Origin: Schizosaccharomyces osmophilus | Lineage: Eukaryota | NCBI RefSeq assembly: GCF_027921745.1 | Contig: NC_079239.1 | Coordinates: 1,426,001 to 1,490,000, forward strand | Direction of reading: 5' to 3' | DNA length: 64,000 bases | Made by a program: the position numbers and the translations under genes | In this document: one piece after another, positions 1 through 11,298 of the stretch | How the letters are laid out: the number at the start of each line of letters is the position of its first letter | Numbering within the stretch: the first letter of the stretch is position 1 | Notes under the pieces: model-generated | What the model saw: only the letters and a program-made list of their open reading frames with translations | Told to the model about the DNA's origin: nothing | Databases searched by the model: none

Positions 1-874
1 GACCAGAAAGTTCTGCATCACAAGTAGGTTCCCGGAATGCAGCAGCGTTAATTTGGCAAGTCAAAAAGAATTGATGATCAACGAATTTCCACCCCGATTG
101 CAAATCTTGGGCACTAAGGATTTTTTTCTCTTGGACAGTACGAAATCGAATAGTTTCTTTATGACGATCACAAGGTTTGGGGGTATAATTTAAGTGTTCT
201 TCTAGACGCCAAGTAACCCTAGTGACTCCCCATTCGCTCCCATCAGTCTGTAAAAAGCCAGTCATAGTGATTTCCATGAGGGCAACTGTGTGAGGATGCA
301 GGATACTCGACATGGTAATATTGGCAACAAGATCGGTTGGGGGGAAAATTCGCTTGTGGATGGTATCTGAGCCAGGAACAAAGGCTCTTTTAAGTTCTAA
401 GGGATATTTCATAATTTCAGGTTTATAAGGAGAAAGGCCTCCATCTGGAGTTGCATAGCAAAACATAGCCTCCAAGTAATATTCGACACTAATGTGTCGT
501 GTAGAAAGTGTGGCAGGCAGCGTACCAGGAAAAAGCCAACTAAACGGCCAAAACTGTGTTCCGCTTGGAAATTTTGCATTTGAAATAAACACCCATTCTT
601 GTAACACTTCTATTGAGCCTCCACAATCAGAGCAATGAGATACGGGGGGATGATGAACGGAGATTTTCTGCTTCAACTGAAGTTTTAATGAGTGAACATG
701 AACAAACGGTTGATGAAGGATTGTGAGTTTAAATATTCCCGAAGCCAAGGCGCCGGTGGAAGTCTCTGGGGGGCCCAAGAGGACGAGAGGAGGAGACTCC
801 ATCCGAACATCCATTTGGCAATGGGATTCGCGAGCATGGCTGGACGAACGAGGGAGAGACAGTTTTAAAGGCAT
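1..874 (-). CDS. any1: Arrestin-related endocytic adaptor Any1/Arn1 (Ldb19/Art1 family); 3' end lies beyond the window start
   Basis: Absent from the ORF track because there is no stop in the window. Manual translation from ATG 874: MPLKLSLPRS..MESPPLVLLGPPETSTGALASG..WPFSWLFPGTLPAT..HKRIFPPT..RVTWRLEEH..QDLQSGWKF, open to base 1 and closely matching recalled S. pombe Any1. Confidence 0.92.
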   Translation of the reverse strand, partial: MPLKLSLPRSSSHARESHCQMDVRMESPPLVLLGPPETSTGALASGIFKLTILHQPFVHVHSLKLQLKQKISVHHPPVSHCSDCGGSIEVLQEWVFISNAKFPSGTQFWPFSWLFPGTLPATLSTRHISVEYYLEAMFCYATPDGGLSPYKPEIMKYPLELKRAFVPGSDTIHKRIFPPTDLVANITMSSILHPHTVALMEITMTGFLQTDGSEWGVTRVTWRLEEHLNYTPKPCDRHKETIRFRTVQEKKILSAQDLQSGWKFVDHQFFLTCQINAAAFREPTCDAELSG

Positions 875-2446
875 GAAGAAGGATGGATTAAGGAAATCGG
901 AATCAAAAAAAAAAAAAAAAAAACAAGAAGCAGGATGACTCTGGAGAAGTAGTGAGAGATTGCAAAGCTTAGAAGAGACGCAAATAAAATAGAGAAAAAA
1001 AGAAATTACTAAAACGGTATGGCGTATCTACACTCAAGGATGAAGGAATACTTTTGAGTGAATAGAATAGAAAGAAAGTGCATAGATCAATAATTGTCGA
1101 CATATAATCAAAATTAGACAATCTGGAGGGAAAATGTGAAATAGCGTCCAACTATAGCGAAGAAAATTTTGGAGAGTTCGAAGAACACACAAAAAAAAGC
1201 AAAAACGACAAAAAGAAAATGAATAGAATATTGGTGTAATAACTTTTCAATAGAACCGACGGTTTTGTATTGGACCTGCCGGTCTAGGAATCAACACAGA
1301 AAAACATGCACCGTCAAGTCAAAAGAGCTTTCCAGCCAACGCCGTTTAATTTCTTTTTGTTTTTGTTTTTCGAATAAGCGCCGAGAAGGCTGATAAACGT
1401 ACTGAAGACCTGCTATCAGTGAAAAACAAAAATACGCTAAGAATGAAAGTTTCACAGACCGCTTCGTTTAATTTTTCCAACAAAAACGATCGCGTAAAAC
1501 GTCAAGACTTTTGAAGATCACAAACGATCAACAACCTTTAAAGAAACGGAGTCCTTATGAGCGGATAGATTTCCACAACAAGTTAAACCGCGATTCCTCA
1601 ATCTTCCTGAAGCTTGTTGTCTGCGGAAAGAAAAAAATTCTTAGACACTACAGTTGCATAAAATCATATACCGATATGCTCTGTAAATCATTAAGCATCG
1701 TTGTTTTTTTGTACCTATTTTACCGCTACTCGTTCTATAATTGTATTTGTGAATAGCGAAGCCACATTGCTTCACAAAACACTTCGCTAACTTTGCTGGA
1801 GGAAAGTGGCCTTCAACATAAACCAACCACACTCTTCCTAATTTCTACTTATCCTCTGCCTAAAACATTGCCACTACCATTGCTCCAGGATCCCTCCTTT
1901 TTACCGTTGAAATACATTGGCATAATACTTTAAAAACTTTAATTCAAGACTTAAATACTGAAGAACCATCGTCGCAGAGGCTTGTTTGATAAGATTCTGT
2001 TTGGAAGCAATTGATTTGGATATACAGCGTTGCATTTGTGTTGGATTCAACAGGAACGAAACGCGTAATTTTTGAAATAAAATTTGTTGGTTTTACGCTG
2101 CTCTGGGGACTCTTTCTTCTGAGTTCCCCTTCCTTTCGCCGTTGAATTGAGTTTCTTTAGGCTATTTAACATTGCTTTGAATCTATAAATTATATTTAGA
2201 TTTCCCTTTTGTTTATTACTTTTATATTTTTTTACCCCGTTCCCCCTACTATTTAATTTATCTAATTATTGCTTTTAATTTTATGAAAGATAACTGCTGG
2301 AAGTTTGGTGGTTTTCTTTTTTTATCTATTCCTTTGATTTAATTTTACTTTTTTTTTTTCTTTTTTTTTTTCTTAAAAAAAATCCCTTCGACAACTATTT
2401 CTTTTTTATTTTTGTGCTGGTTGTTTTCTTGACCTGAGAACGAGCT

Positions 2447-3349
2447 ATGACTACCGTTCAATCCTCAAACGTGCACTCTGCTTCGGCTGCGCGTTTTCAA
2501 ATTTGCTCTGGTTCTTCTCCCTACACGAATCGAGTCCGACCCTCTTACGAATTAATTGAAGCTCCTACTCGACAAGCTACGTCTGCCGTTCAGTCTGCTG
2601 TACCTAATGTACACTCTAATTTTGATGCTAATTCCATGACTTCTGAACGACCTGCCCTCCCTTTAAAGCACGCTAGTAATAATCCTTTTCCCGCATCTCC
2701 GGCCTTGGGTACTCGGGCTTCGACTCCAGCTTCTCGCCATTCAAAACAGGAGCAATCAGACACTCCGAGTGCTTCGACGAATCTTTCTCGCCATCGTTCG
2801 ACAAATCTCACAAAGTCCGTTCTACAAAACGCCAACACGCATTCATTGCCGGCTCCTGTCACCCCTCCGTGTTATTCTAATACCCCTCCCCCCAGCACTA
2901 GCTCTTCTAAAGAAACTGGTTTACCGAAAGATCATTGGAAACCGGATTCTGAAGCAATTATCTGTGCGTTTCCTTCTTGTAGTGCTCGTTTCGGTCTCTT
3001 TGAAAGAAGGCATCATTGTCGTTGTTGTGGTGATGTGTTTTGCTCTGCTCATTGTAATCGCTCAATTCCATTAACATTTGACGTTCGTTTCTCTTTATCT
3101 GCTTTGAAGCTTTTTAGAGCTTGTGTATCTTGTTTCTACGATTACCTGAAATGGAGACAATCTATTGAGTTGGGTTCTCCTTCGAACGTCATTGTAGGAA
3201 CTGAACCCCATGCTGAATCTGTCCTTGAAAACAAACAAATCTCTAATTCCGTCCCTATTCCTAAAGTCGACGCTGGAAAAGCTGAGCTTCCTTCAGAGAG
3301 CTTGGTATTAGGGACCGTTCCCGATAATTGGGTTTGGAGTACCTTTTAA
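2447..3349 (+). CDS. FYVE zinc-finger protein (SPBC9B6.03-like)
   Basis: 300-aa ORF with canonical FYVE motifs WKPD, RRHHCRCCG and RACVSC; ends WVWSTF. Confidence 0.9.
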   Translation: MTTVQSSNVHSASAARFQICSGSSPYTNRVRPSYELIEAPTRQATSAVQSAVPNVHSNFDANSMTSERPALPLKHASNNPFPASPALGTRASTPASRHSKQEQSDTPSASTNLSRHRSTNLTKSVLQNANTHSLPAPVTPPCYSNTPPPSTSSSKETGLPKDHWKPDSEAIICAFPSCSARFGLFERRHHCRCCGDVFCSAHCNRSIPLTFDVRFSLSALKLFRACVSCFYDYLKWRQSIELGSPSNVIVGTEPHAESVLENKQISNSVPIPKVDAGKAELPSESLVLGTVPDNWVWSTF

Positions 3350-4020
3350 ATCGATCGTTTGAATACTATTGTTGTCTTTAATGTTCGTTTTGCCTCTGTA
3401 TGCATAGAGTTATTATAATTTTCATGCTCTCGCGAACGATGCTTTTGTTTGTTAAATCCTGGTTGTTGGTACAATGAATAGCGACTAAGCGACCCTCATG
3501 TCTCATACCCTTTTGATTCGCTTCTTGCTATCTATTGCTAAACTCATTCTTTACGTCGTGACGTGAAACTCGCTTTAGGTCCAGTATTTTTTTTTTTTTT
3601 GCTTGTTAGTCTTATCCTTTTCTCGTGTCGGTTTTGTTGTATACACTTATTAAATTAGTTTGTGTGCCTAGAAGGAACGGCATGATGATTATTTTGCAGT
3701 CTCGCCTATTCGTTGGAGATTTGCTTAATTGCTGTTGTTTTATAGATTATCCCCTTTTTTTTTGTTTGTTTTCCTTTTTTTTTGATTGAATATTCTCTAG
3801 ATGATTTTACGAATAAATATTGCTTACTTTGACAATAGTGAGAAAAATGTAGTTATGATATAAAATTTATTGTTTTGGTATGCACAATGTGAAGCAAACG
3901 ACTTCATGTAAGTAGAAAATTCTCTTGTATATTAGGTAAAAGGATTGCAAAAGGTTTTTGGTTAATCAAGACTGATCGGGTATATCAAAAAAATTACGGA
4001 ATAACTTTTGGTTCAAAAAC

Positions 4021-5432
4021 TCAGTCTAAAATTTCAGTGATAAGGGCAGTACCGACGGTGTTTTTGCCTTCACGAACAGTAAAGCGTTGACCCTTCTCAA
4101 TTACGATAGGGTGAACAAGGTTACAAACCAATTCAATGTTATCACCGGGCATAATCATCTTGTCGGAATCGTTGGGATCAGGATGTGTAAGTTCAACAGT
4201 AACGTCTGAAGTGCGAGTGAAAAGTTGAGGACGGTAGTTGTCGACGAAACCGGTTCGACGGCCACCTTCTTCCTTAGTCAAAATATAGAAAGAGGCTTGG
4301 AATTTACGGTGGGGAGCAACAGTACCGGGAACAGCAACGATCATACCACGCTTCAATTCATCACGCTTAACGGAACGGAGAAGAAGTCCACAGTTGTCAC
4401 CGGCAACGGCAGCGTCAAGTTGTTTCTTAAACATTTCAATACCAGTGACGATAGTCTTCATGTGGCTACCGTAACCAACAAGTTCGATTTCAGCACCCTT
4501 CTTCAAAGTACCACGTTCAGCACGACCGGTGACGACGGTACCACGGCCGGAAATTGAAAAGACGTCTTCAATGGCCATGAGGAAAGGCATGTCCACGTTT
4601 CTTTCAGGAGTAGAAACATAGCTGTCAACAGCATCCATGAGTTTGGTAATGCTTTGAAGACCAATTTCGGGATTGCGGCCTTCCAATGCACAAAGAGCAC
4701 TACCACTGATGATGGGAGTGTTATCACCATCATAGCCGTATTCAGACAAAAGTTCACGCATTTCCATTTCGACAAGTTCAATCATATCAGGTTCGACCAT
4801 GTCAGCCTTGTTGATGTAGACAACAATGTCCTTGACACCAACTTGACGAGCAAGAAGCATGTGCTCACGAGTTTGAGGCATTTGACCATCAGTGGCAGAA
4901 ACGACAATAATAGCACCATCCATGGTAGCAGCACCGGTAATCATGTTCTTGATATAATCAGCGTGACCAGGACAATCGACATGGGCATAATGTCTGTTGG
5001 CAGTTTCATATTCTACGTGTGCGGAAGAAATGGTAATACCACGAGCTTTTTCTTCGGGGGCCTTATCAATTTGACTGTAATCCATAAAGCTAGCTTGGCC
5101 AAGTTGAGCCAAACCCTTGGTGATAGCTGCGGTCAATGTTGTCTTTCCATGATCGACGTGACCAATGGTACCAATATTAACATGGGGCTTCTTACGGATG
5201 AACACCTAAAAATATACAAGTTAGTAACACGAAAAAAGGAGAAGAGTCAAAGAAATGGGGCGTTTATCCCTTTGAAATTGTTCGTAAAGCCTACCTTGTC
5301 GTCCGCGTAGGAACGCGAGGGAATTGTAAATTTGTTAAAACATCCTGTAGCCAAAGGGAATCTGGTTAAGCGAGAACAATTTTGGCGAAAGCCCTGGAAG
5401 AGCAACGAAGAAGTTGCTTTTGCTGCCTTCAT
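4021..5432 (-). CDS. tuf1: Mitochondrial translation elongation factor EF-Tu, 2 exons
   Basis: [21 protein letters not shown] motifs. Exon 1 (5432-5295) is a basic presequence; intron 5294-5206 GTAGGC..CTAAC..TAG. Confidence 0.97.
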
Positions 5433-6086
5433 GATGAGAGGAGGTGTTGGTAGAGGGACAAAAGGATGCAGGGAAGGGCTATAGAAAGAACTCTGTGGAG
5501 GACGTTAAATAGCGTTTTATTGCGATGATAAAGGAAGTCGAAAACTTTTATAAAAAATAAAATAAAAAAAGGATTGAAGAAATAAAATAGAGAGATACAG
5601 AAATAAAAATTATTGATAACAGAAAAACGCAGTCGAAATTTGGTAAAGGAAATTGAAATCTATGCTACCTGAACTTCTAGTCAAACGGAAGACGAAGATG
5701 TAATAGAAAAAGGAAACAGTTAAGAGAATTGAAATATGTCGTTTCGAGTGTTGCTGATGAACTATGTGGATAGAGGAAGGTCTACTGAAAGTAGCTTACA
5801 GATTTCAACGCACGAAGGTTTCGATAAAATCCGAGAAAAAGGTATTGAAAATGTACAAATAGATTGAAAGAATACAAAAACCAATCAAACTTCTTTGTCT
5901 GCCTGAGTGTATGAGGGTAGGCAAATAAAAATGGACAGTTATAAATTATTTCCCAAAAACTAAATTTATCCCAGGCTAGCAAAACATAACACTCCATGCT
6001 GATGTCATGGGAAATAACATATCACATTCATAATAATAGATCAAAAGATTGCAGGCAGAGTGGTACAGGTGAAGGGAGCTCAAAAT

Positions 6087-6745
6087 TTAGGTACGAGGAG
6101 GTGCAATGAGGATAACGGAATCACCTAGAAAGCAGTTGTTAGAGAAATGAAAATCTTCTTTAAAAAAGTCGAAGAAGCAAGATTGTATCGTTTGCATTCC
6201 CCTTGGAAGTCCTCCGTAGATGGAGGAAAAAGGAAATGCCGACTTTTGCAAAGCAGAAGGGGAAAAAGACCATAGGCAAGAAATTTTTTCTCGTTCTAGT
6301 ACCACAAAGCAAACCCGCTATAGGATGCGAAAACTTACCACGAACAAAAAGCATCTCATAATGTTTTCGAATGTTTTTGAATGCCTGTCCCTCTGTGGGT
6401 TCTTCTTCATCAATAATTGTAATTATTTCTTCAGCATCTCCTAGAACCATATTCTACAAATATGACAGTAAGTTATTGAGCCATTCCAACTGTGTCCTAT
6501 GAAAGCGACATAATGCATACCAGATGCTCGTCATAAGCCTGAATACAAAGTTAGTACGACCTGTCTTTATCCTTCATTGTTATCGCGTATACATACATGA
6601 AGACGTCCATTCAATTCACGATCTCCTCGTAACTTTACATAAACATTTTCGTCAAGTGAAAGGCGAACCAAATCCAGTGGTTCAGCGACCTAGACTTATT
6701 AGAATGTTTTTCAACCGTTTGACCTACAGATTGAGTAGATTCCAT
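6087..6745 (-). CDS. lsm3: U6 snRNP/decapping Sm-like protein Lsm3, 5 exons
   Basis: Spliced: [70 protein letters not shown]; four GT-AG introns. Confidence 0.95.
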
Positions 6746-6973
6746 CTTTATAATATAAGGGTCTTTTCTATTTTTTTAACAATCGCCGGTTATTGGTATT
6801 TGGTTAGCTAGGCATACTGGAAGGATGAAGCAGGTAACAATGTTGTCTTGTTGAATTCTGGCGACAACGAAGATATATTTTAACCTTCGTTCAAGTTCAC
6901 TATTTAAAGCTCCATCACGGTAAGAGAGGAAGGAAAGCAAGTTGAAAGCAACGCAACTCAATTTCAATAAGAA

Positions 6974-7732
6974 ATGCTGCTTTCTTTTGCCAAAGCTCTC
7001 CCAATGTGGAGAGCAAGCTTCGCTTCTTTGGGAAGCAAAACGCTGGGGATGCGCGGTCTAAGCTTGTTGAGTGATCTCAATAATCGTCCTAATGTAAAAA
7101 ACAGCAAACGCGTAGGACGTGGACCTGCTAGTGGGAAAGGTAAAACAAGTGCTCGCGGACATAAAGGATCTGGTCAGAGACGCGGTAGAAGAATCAAACC
7201 TGGTTTCGAGGGTGGTCAGACCCCGATTACCAAGTTGTTCCCTAAAATTGGAAGAAGTACGAGTGAAATCAAAGACTACGTGCCATTAGGTCTTGGCCGG
7301 GTTCACGCATGGATTAAGAGCGGTAGATTGGATAGCAGCAAACCAATTATGATGAAGGAGCTTTTAGACTGTCGATGCTGTCGAGGTATCAAGGATGGCG
7401 TTGAATTGGTAGCAGACGGTAAGGCTGAAGAATTGAACGTCCCAATTCATATCGAAGTTACAAAGGCTACTAAAGAAGCTATTGATTTCGTAGAAAAGGC
7501 AGGAGGTTCCGTGAAAACAGTGTACTTCAATTCTTTAGGACTTCGCGCCCATCTACATCCTGAGCGTTTCCGCACGCTTCCTCGCCAATCGCTTCCATCA
7601 TCCAAAAAAGATATTTTATATTATACCAATCCAGAAAACCGCGGGTACTTATCAGATGTCAATTTGCGAGAACACTATTATGGTGATCAACGATTTCCCT
7701 ATGAAGCTTCAGCGGATGAAAAGGCAGAATAG
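6974..7732 (+). CDS. mrpl10: Mitochondrial ribosomal protein uL15m
   Basis: RVGRGPASGKGKTSARGHKGSGQR and GFEGGQTP L15 signatures; N-terminal presequence. Confidence 0.93.
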   Translation: MLLSFAKALPMWRASFASLGSKTLGMRGLSLLSDLNNRPNVKNSKRVGRGPASGKGKTSARGHKGSGQRRGRRIKPGFEGGQTPITKLFPKIGRSTSEIKDYVPLGLGRVHAWIKSGRLDSSKPIMMKELLDCRCCRGIKDGVELVADGKAEELNVPIHIEVTKATKEAIDFVEKAGGSVKTVYFNSLGLRAHLHPERFRTLPRQSLPSSKKDILYYTNPENRGYLSDVNLREHYYGDQRFPYEASADEKAE

Positions 7733-8239
7733 AGATTTCAATAATTTTGAAAAATACGCTAGTGTAGCAACCGCGCATTTCCCCCATTGCCTTCTCAGCT
7801 CTGTTCCTTTCTTTTTCAACATAATGTTCCATTAATGAACCCATTGTGATTATAGGGCTGATTTTTTTTCATTGAAGAAGAGTTTCGAATGGGTATTCTG
7901 ATGCATCTTGTTACAATGAATAAGGGTAGAAGATTGCATTGCATTATGATTTGCATTTGTCATAAATGTAGCTTTGGAATTTTGACGATTTTCCTTTGTT
8001 TTGTATTCTAAATAATAATATATCATCAGAACGTGAAATTAACCAGCTGGAGCGAGTAATTTCTATAAAGCATTTTACGATGAAACGAAAATATAGCAGA
8101 ATGAAATTAAATTAGCTTGTCTGGAATTTCCGTAAAAGTTGGTATTTCTTTGTTTATCAATATACGGTATTCGAACGCGGGTTATATTGGGTACTTCTTT
8201 CCTAAGGGAAGTTTGGAGCAAGAGCAAGCAAGATCAAAA

Positions 8240-9117
8240 ATGTCTGAATCCTCGCCATTTATCAAGAAATTAGCAGCAAACGGTATGCAAGGAAAAGGAA
8301 ACAAAAGAAGCAACTAACAAGAAAGATCGGAAAACCAGAGATGAAGCATTGGCTTCTCTACAGAAGTTTTTGAGTCGAAAGAAAAAATTTGAGCGACTCG
8401 ATTTCTTAAAACTATGGAAAGGTCTTTTTTACTGTACGTTAATGTTTTATTAACGCTGATTCAAAAACTTTGGTCGACTAACACGAAAACTAGGCATGTG
8501 GATGTCTGACAAGTCTTTGTACCAACAGAAACTTGCCGATAATTTGGCTGGGTTGGTTTCTATTGTACATGTGGAAAACAGAATGCTGTTTCAAGCCACT
8601 TTTTGGGAAACAATGGGCCGAGAATGGACAGGGATTGATATTTTGCGCACGAACAAATTCTACATGTTGATGCGAAGATTCTGTGCTGCTGCTTTTTTGG
8701 ATATTAAAGCAAGGAGTGATTCAGAGGAATCATTGAAAAAGTTAATTGCTCAGTACAATGAGATGTGGATGTCGGTTCCCTTCAAGTAAGTATTGTCATT
8801 TGCTACCAAGCAAGCGAGTAAACCAGGCGTTTTCTTGGTTCTGTTCGGCTTCATTTTATATTTTCTTTTAGAATTGTCTATTCTCTAACCTATATAGTTC
8901 CAGTAATTATTCGTATCCCAACGGCGTTCTCTTTCATCTAGCAGATATTTGGACAGAAGAAATAACAAAGGCTTTTGATGGAGACGTTCCCAAAGCTGAT
9001 TGGTATCTGCCCTTCGATTCGTTGGGAAAAACATCCAAAAATCCTGTTTTGAGAAAGACACTGCCTAAGCGTTTGGAAAGAGTTCCAGAATACACTCTCG
9101 CTGACGAGTCTTCATAA
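8240..9117 (+). CDS. nop52: Nucleolar protein Nop52/Rrp1, 4 exons
   Basis: [49 protein letters not shown]; introns 8283-8325, 8434-8493, 8786-8897. Confidence 0.93.
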
Positions 9118-9354
9118 ACGTTCGGGGGAAAGAACTATGTGAAGTACAAAAGGGTTTATTGATGATTGGGATATTTTTTGTGTAATATAAATTTAGACTT
9201 TTTGGGTTCATATTGCTTTGTCTATCGTAAAGCATGCCTTGTTGTAGACTAGTAGATCCTTTTCAAATGGAACGCTGAATAGAATAAACCCTCAATAATT
9301 AAAAGTGAACGGAACCATGTTCAAAACATGGTAAAATGGAGTAGTAAAAAAATT

Positions 9355-9426
9355 GGGCTGTTCTGGGAATCGAACCCAGGACCACCATCACCCTAAGATG
9401 GTATCATACCACTAGACCAAACGGCC
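9355..9426 (-). tRNA. tRNA-Pro(AGG)
   Basis: 72-nt cloverleaf GGCCGTT..CCATC-TT-AGG-GT-GATGG..GGTTCGATTCC..AACAGCCC, followed by a T-run terminator. Confidence 0.96.
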
Positions 9427-9520
9427 GCTGTGGTGACTCAACTAGTTATTTCAATTTGACCGATTAGCAATTCTTAGTCTTCATCAAGTATAGCATTTAC
9501 GACAATGAATAAATAATAAT

Positions 9521-9550
9521 AAAAATAAAATAAAATAAAATAAAATAAAA
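9521..9550. repeat. (AAAAT)n microsatellite
   Basis: Tandem AAAAT units read directly. Confidence 0.8.
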
Positions 9551-9893
9551 AAATCAGTAAAAAAAGATCTAATGCTTCCTCGTCTCGTTGTAATTTCAAT
9601 TCGTAGGTGCTACTTTTCCGGAAGAATGGAAAGTCCATAGAAACTGACCGAGAATCTAGTGATGAATAATTTTTTTTTTAATACTGAAAAAATGACACTG
9701 TTTAGTTTCTCTCCTGATAGATTGGCTTGTTTGAATTTTGGGATAATTTTTACTTTTGTTTCTGTTTTGTTTACCATTTTGTAAACAAAAGAATAATTTT
9801 ACGTTACACGTTTCATCTCCCTATTATAAGTTCAAGGGTAGCGCGAGTAGACTTAAAGACCAAAATGAAATCATTTACCCTCTACCAAACACC

Positions 9894-10577
9894 ATGTCTC
9901 AATTTCCAGCATTAGAAGACTTTGATGCAGGATTAGGATCTGCACCAGAAGGTAAAAGTGAACAACCAACTGATTTCCTTGAACGAGAGAAACTTGCCCT
10001 TGGTGAAGATGCAAACCAGTTCGGAGCGGTAGAGGACAAAGACACGCTGTTAGGTGTAGAAAAGGACTCAGAAGCAGAAAAGGATGACTTTGAAAAGAAT
10101 TTCCCTCCTATCGATACTGAAATGCAAACTTCTGGTACCTTTTCGGCTCCTAAAGCCCCTTACATGGGCCAAGCTGAGGTGCATCCTCCTGAACAAGATA
10201 CAGAGGATTCAGAACCCATTCAGAAATGGAAAAATGCAAATGAGCGAAGAATTCGTGAAAAGCATGCAGCAAGTCGAAGACTTCACGAATCCAATGTAGA
10301 AAAGGCAAGAAAGGCCATTGATGACTTTTATGAGAACTATAACGATAAAAAAGACAAAATCATTGCAAAGTCAAGAAATGAACAAAAGACCCTTTTGGAT
10401 AAGAATGAAGCCGTTTCTTCGGGTACTACTAGCTGGCAACGTATTTTGAAGCTTGTAGATTTGTCTGACAAAGCCGAAACCAACGATCGTTCGGTTCAGC
10501 GTTTCCATGAATTGCTTATTAGTCTTGCTAAAGATGAATCTGCTCCCGGAGCTAGTGGGAAGGCCGTTTCGGCTTAG
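9894..10577 (+). CDS. clc1: Clathrin light chain
   Basis: Probable start ATG 9894, MSQFPALEDF; DFLEREK, EPIQKWK, IDDFYENYN and TSWQRI motifs. Confidence 0.94.
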   Translation: MSQFPALEDFDAGLGSAPEGKSEQPTDFLEREKLALGEDANQFGAVEDKDTLLGVEKDSEAEKDDFEKNFPPIDTEMQTSGTFSAPKAPYMGQAEVHPPEQDTEDSEPIQKWKNANERRIREKHAASRRLHESNVEKARKAIDDFYENYNDKKDKIIAKSRNEQKTLLDKNEAVSSGTTSWQRILKLVDLSDKAETNDRSVQRFHELLISLAKDESAPGASGKAVSA

Positions 10578-11071
10578 AATGTACACCGATTTAGGAAGCT
10601 TGTTTACCGCGAATACTACAAGTATTTCTTTGTTGCTTGACAACGTTTTTGATTTTTCCCATGTTCAATCCATACATTTCTGAATCTTTCTTTAATCTTG
10701 AAATTACTACATCTGTACTGCTGTTAGTCTCTTTTAATAGGCAGTTTCGTAATAACTTACTAGTCAATATGCCATCATACCCTAGTGTATCCTTCACCGT
10801 ATTTACAATTTGCTGGTTTGTCTTTTCTCATTCATTCAGGAATTGCCATGCTCAAAACTCGATATTAACGAATGAGATACATTAGTACTGGTATTATCTT
10901 TTCAATTCATTTCATTTTTCTCTTTACTCATAAAAAGGAAGCACCATATAGTCGTCAAATCCTGATTTTGTTCTTTTCTAAGTTACTTTCTTTGGAGGAT
11001 TAATCTGTGAGACTCGTGGTAGGGATGAAGCCTACCCATTCCCTTAACGATTGATGATACCTTCGAGTTGC

Positions 11072-11096
11072 TTTTTTTTTTTTTTTTTTTTTTTTT
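11072..11096. repeat. poly(T)25 tract
   Basis: Homopolymer between the convergent clc1 and mdl1 3' ends. Confidence 0.85.
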
Positions 11097-11298
11097 AGCC
11101 AATAAATTCATCTAAAACATCCATTATACATAAAAACAAAAATAAGGATAATTAAGTGTGTAAACCATAACCTTTAGCCCTAGGCATTGGCCTACAAGTC
11201 CGTCTAATGAAATCTGCTTGCACGATACACTACTTCAGTCTCAAAGAATTATCGGAAACCTGGTTCAAACAGGTCGCGCAAAAACATTAATTCTTCCT

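Noticed and set aside
723..938. 71-aa plus-strand ORF with poly-Lys
   Set aside because: Antisense to any1; the lysines come from a poly(A) tract.
4654..5310. 218-aa ORF antisense to tuf1
   Set aside because: Shadow frame of a codon-biased conserved gene; no recognisable motifs.
9314..9332. Perfect 8-bp hairpin ACCATGTT/AACATGGT near the tRNA 3' end
   Set aside because: Short, and absent beside the second tRNA copy; expected by chance.
9756..9893. Upstream extension of the clc1 ORF
   Set aside because: Non-ATG start; the conserved N-terminus begins at ATG 9894.
11005..11096. Small stem-loop followed by poly(T), possible Pol III or retroposed element
   Set aside because: No A/B boxes or target-site duplication; not similar to the DNA before the other poly(T) tracts.
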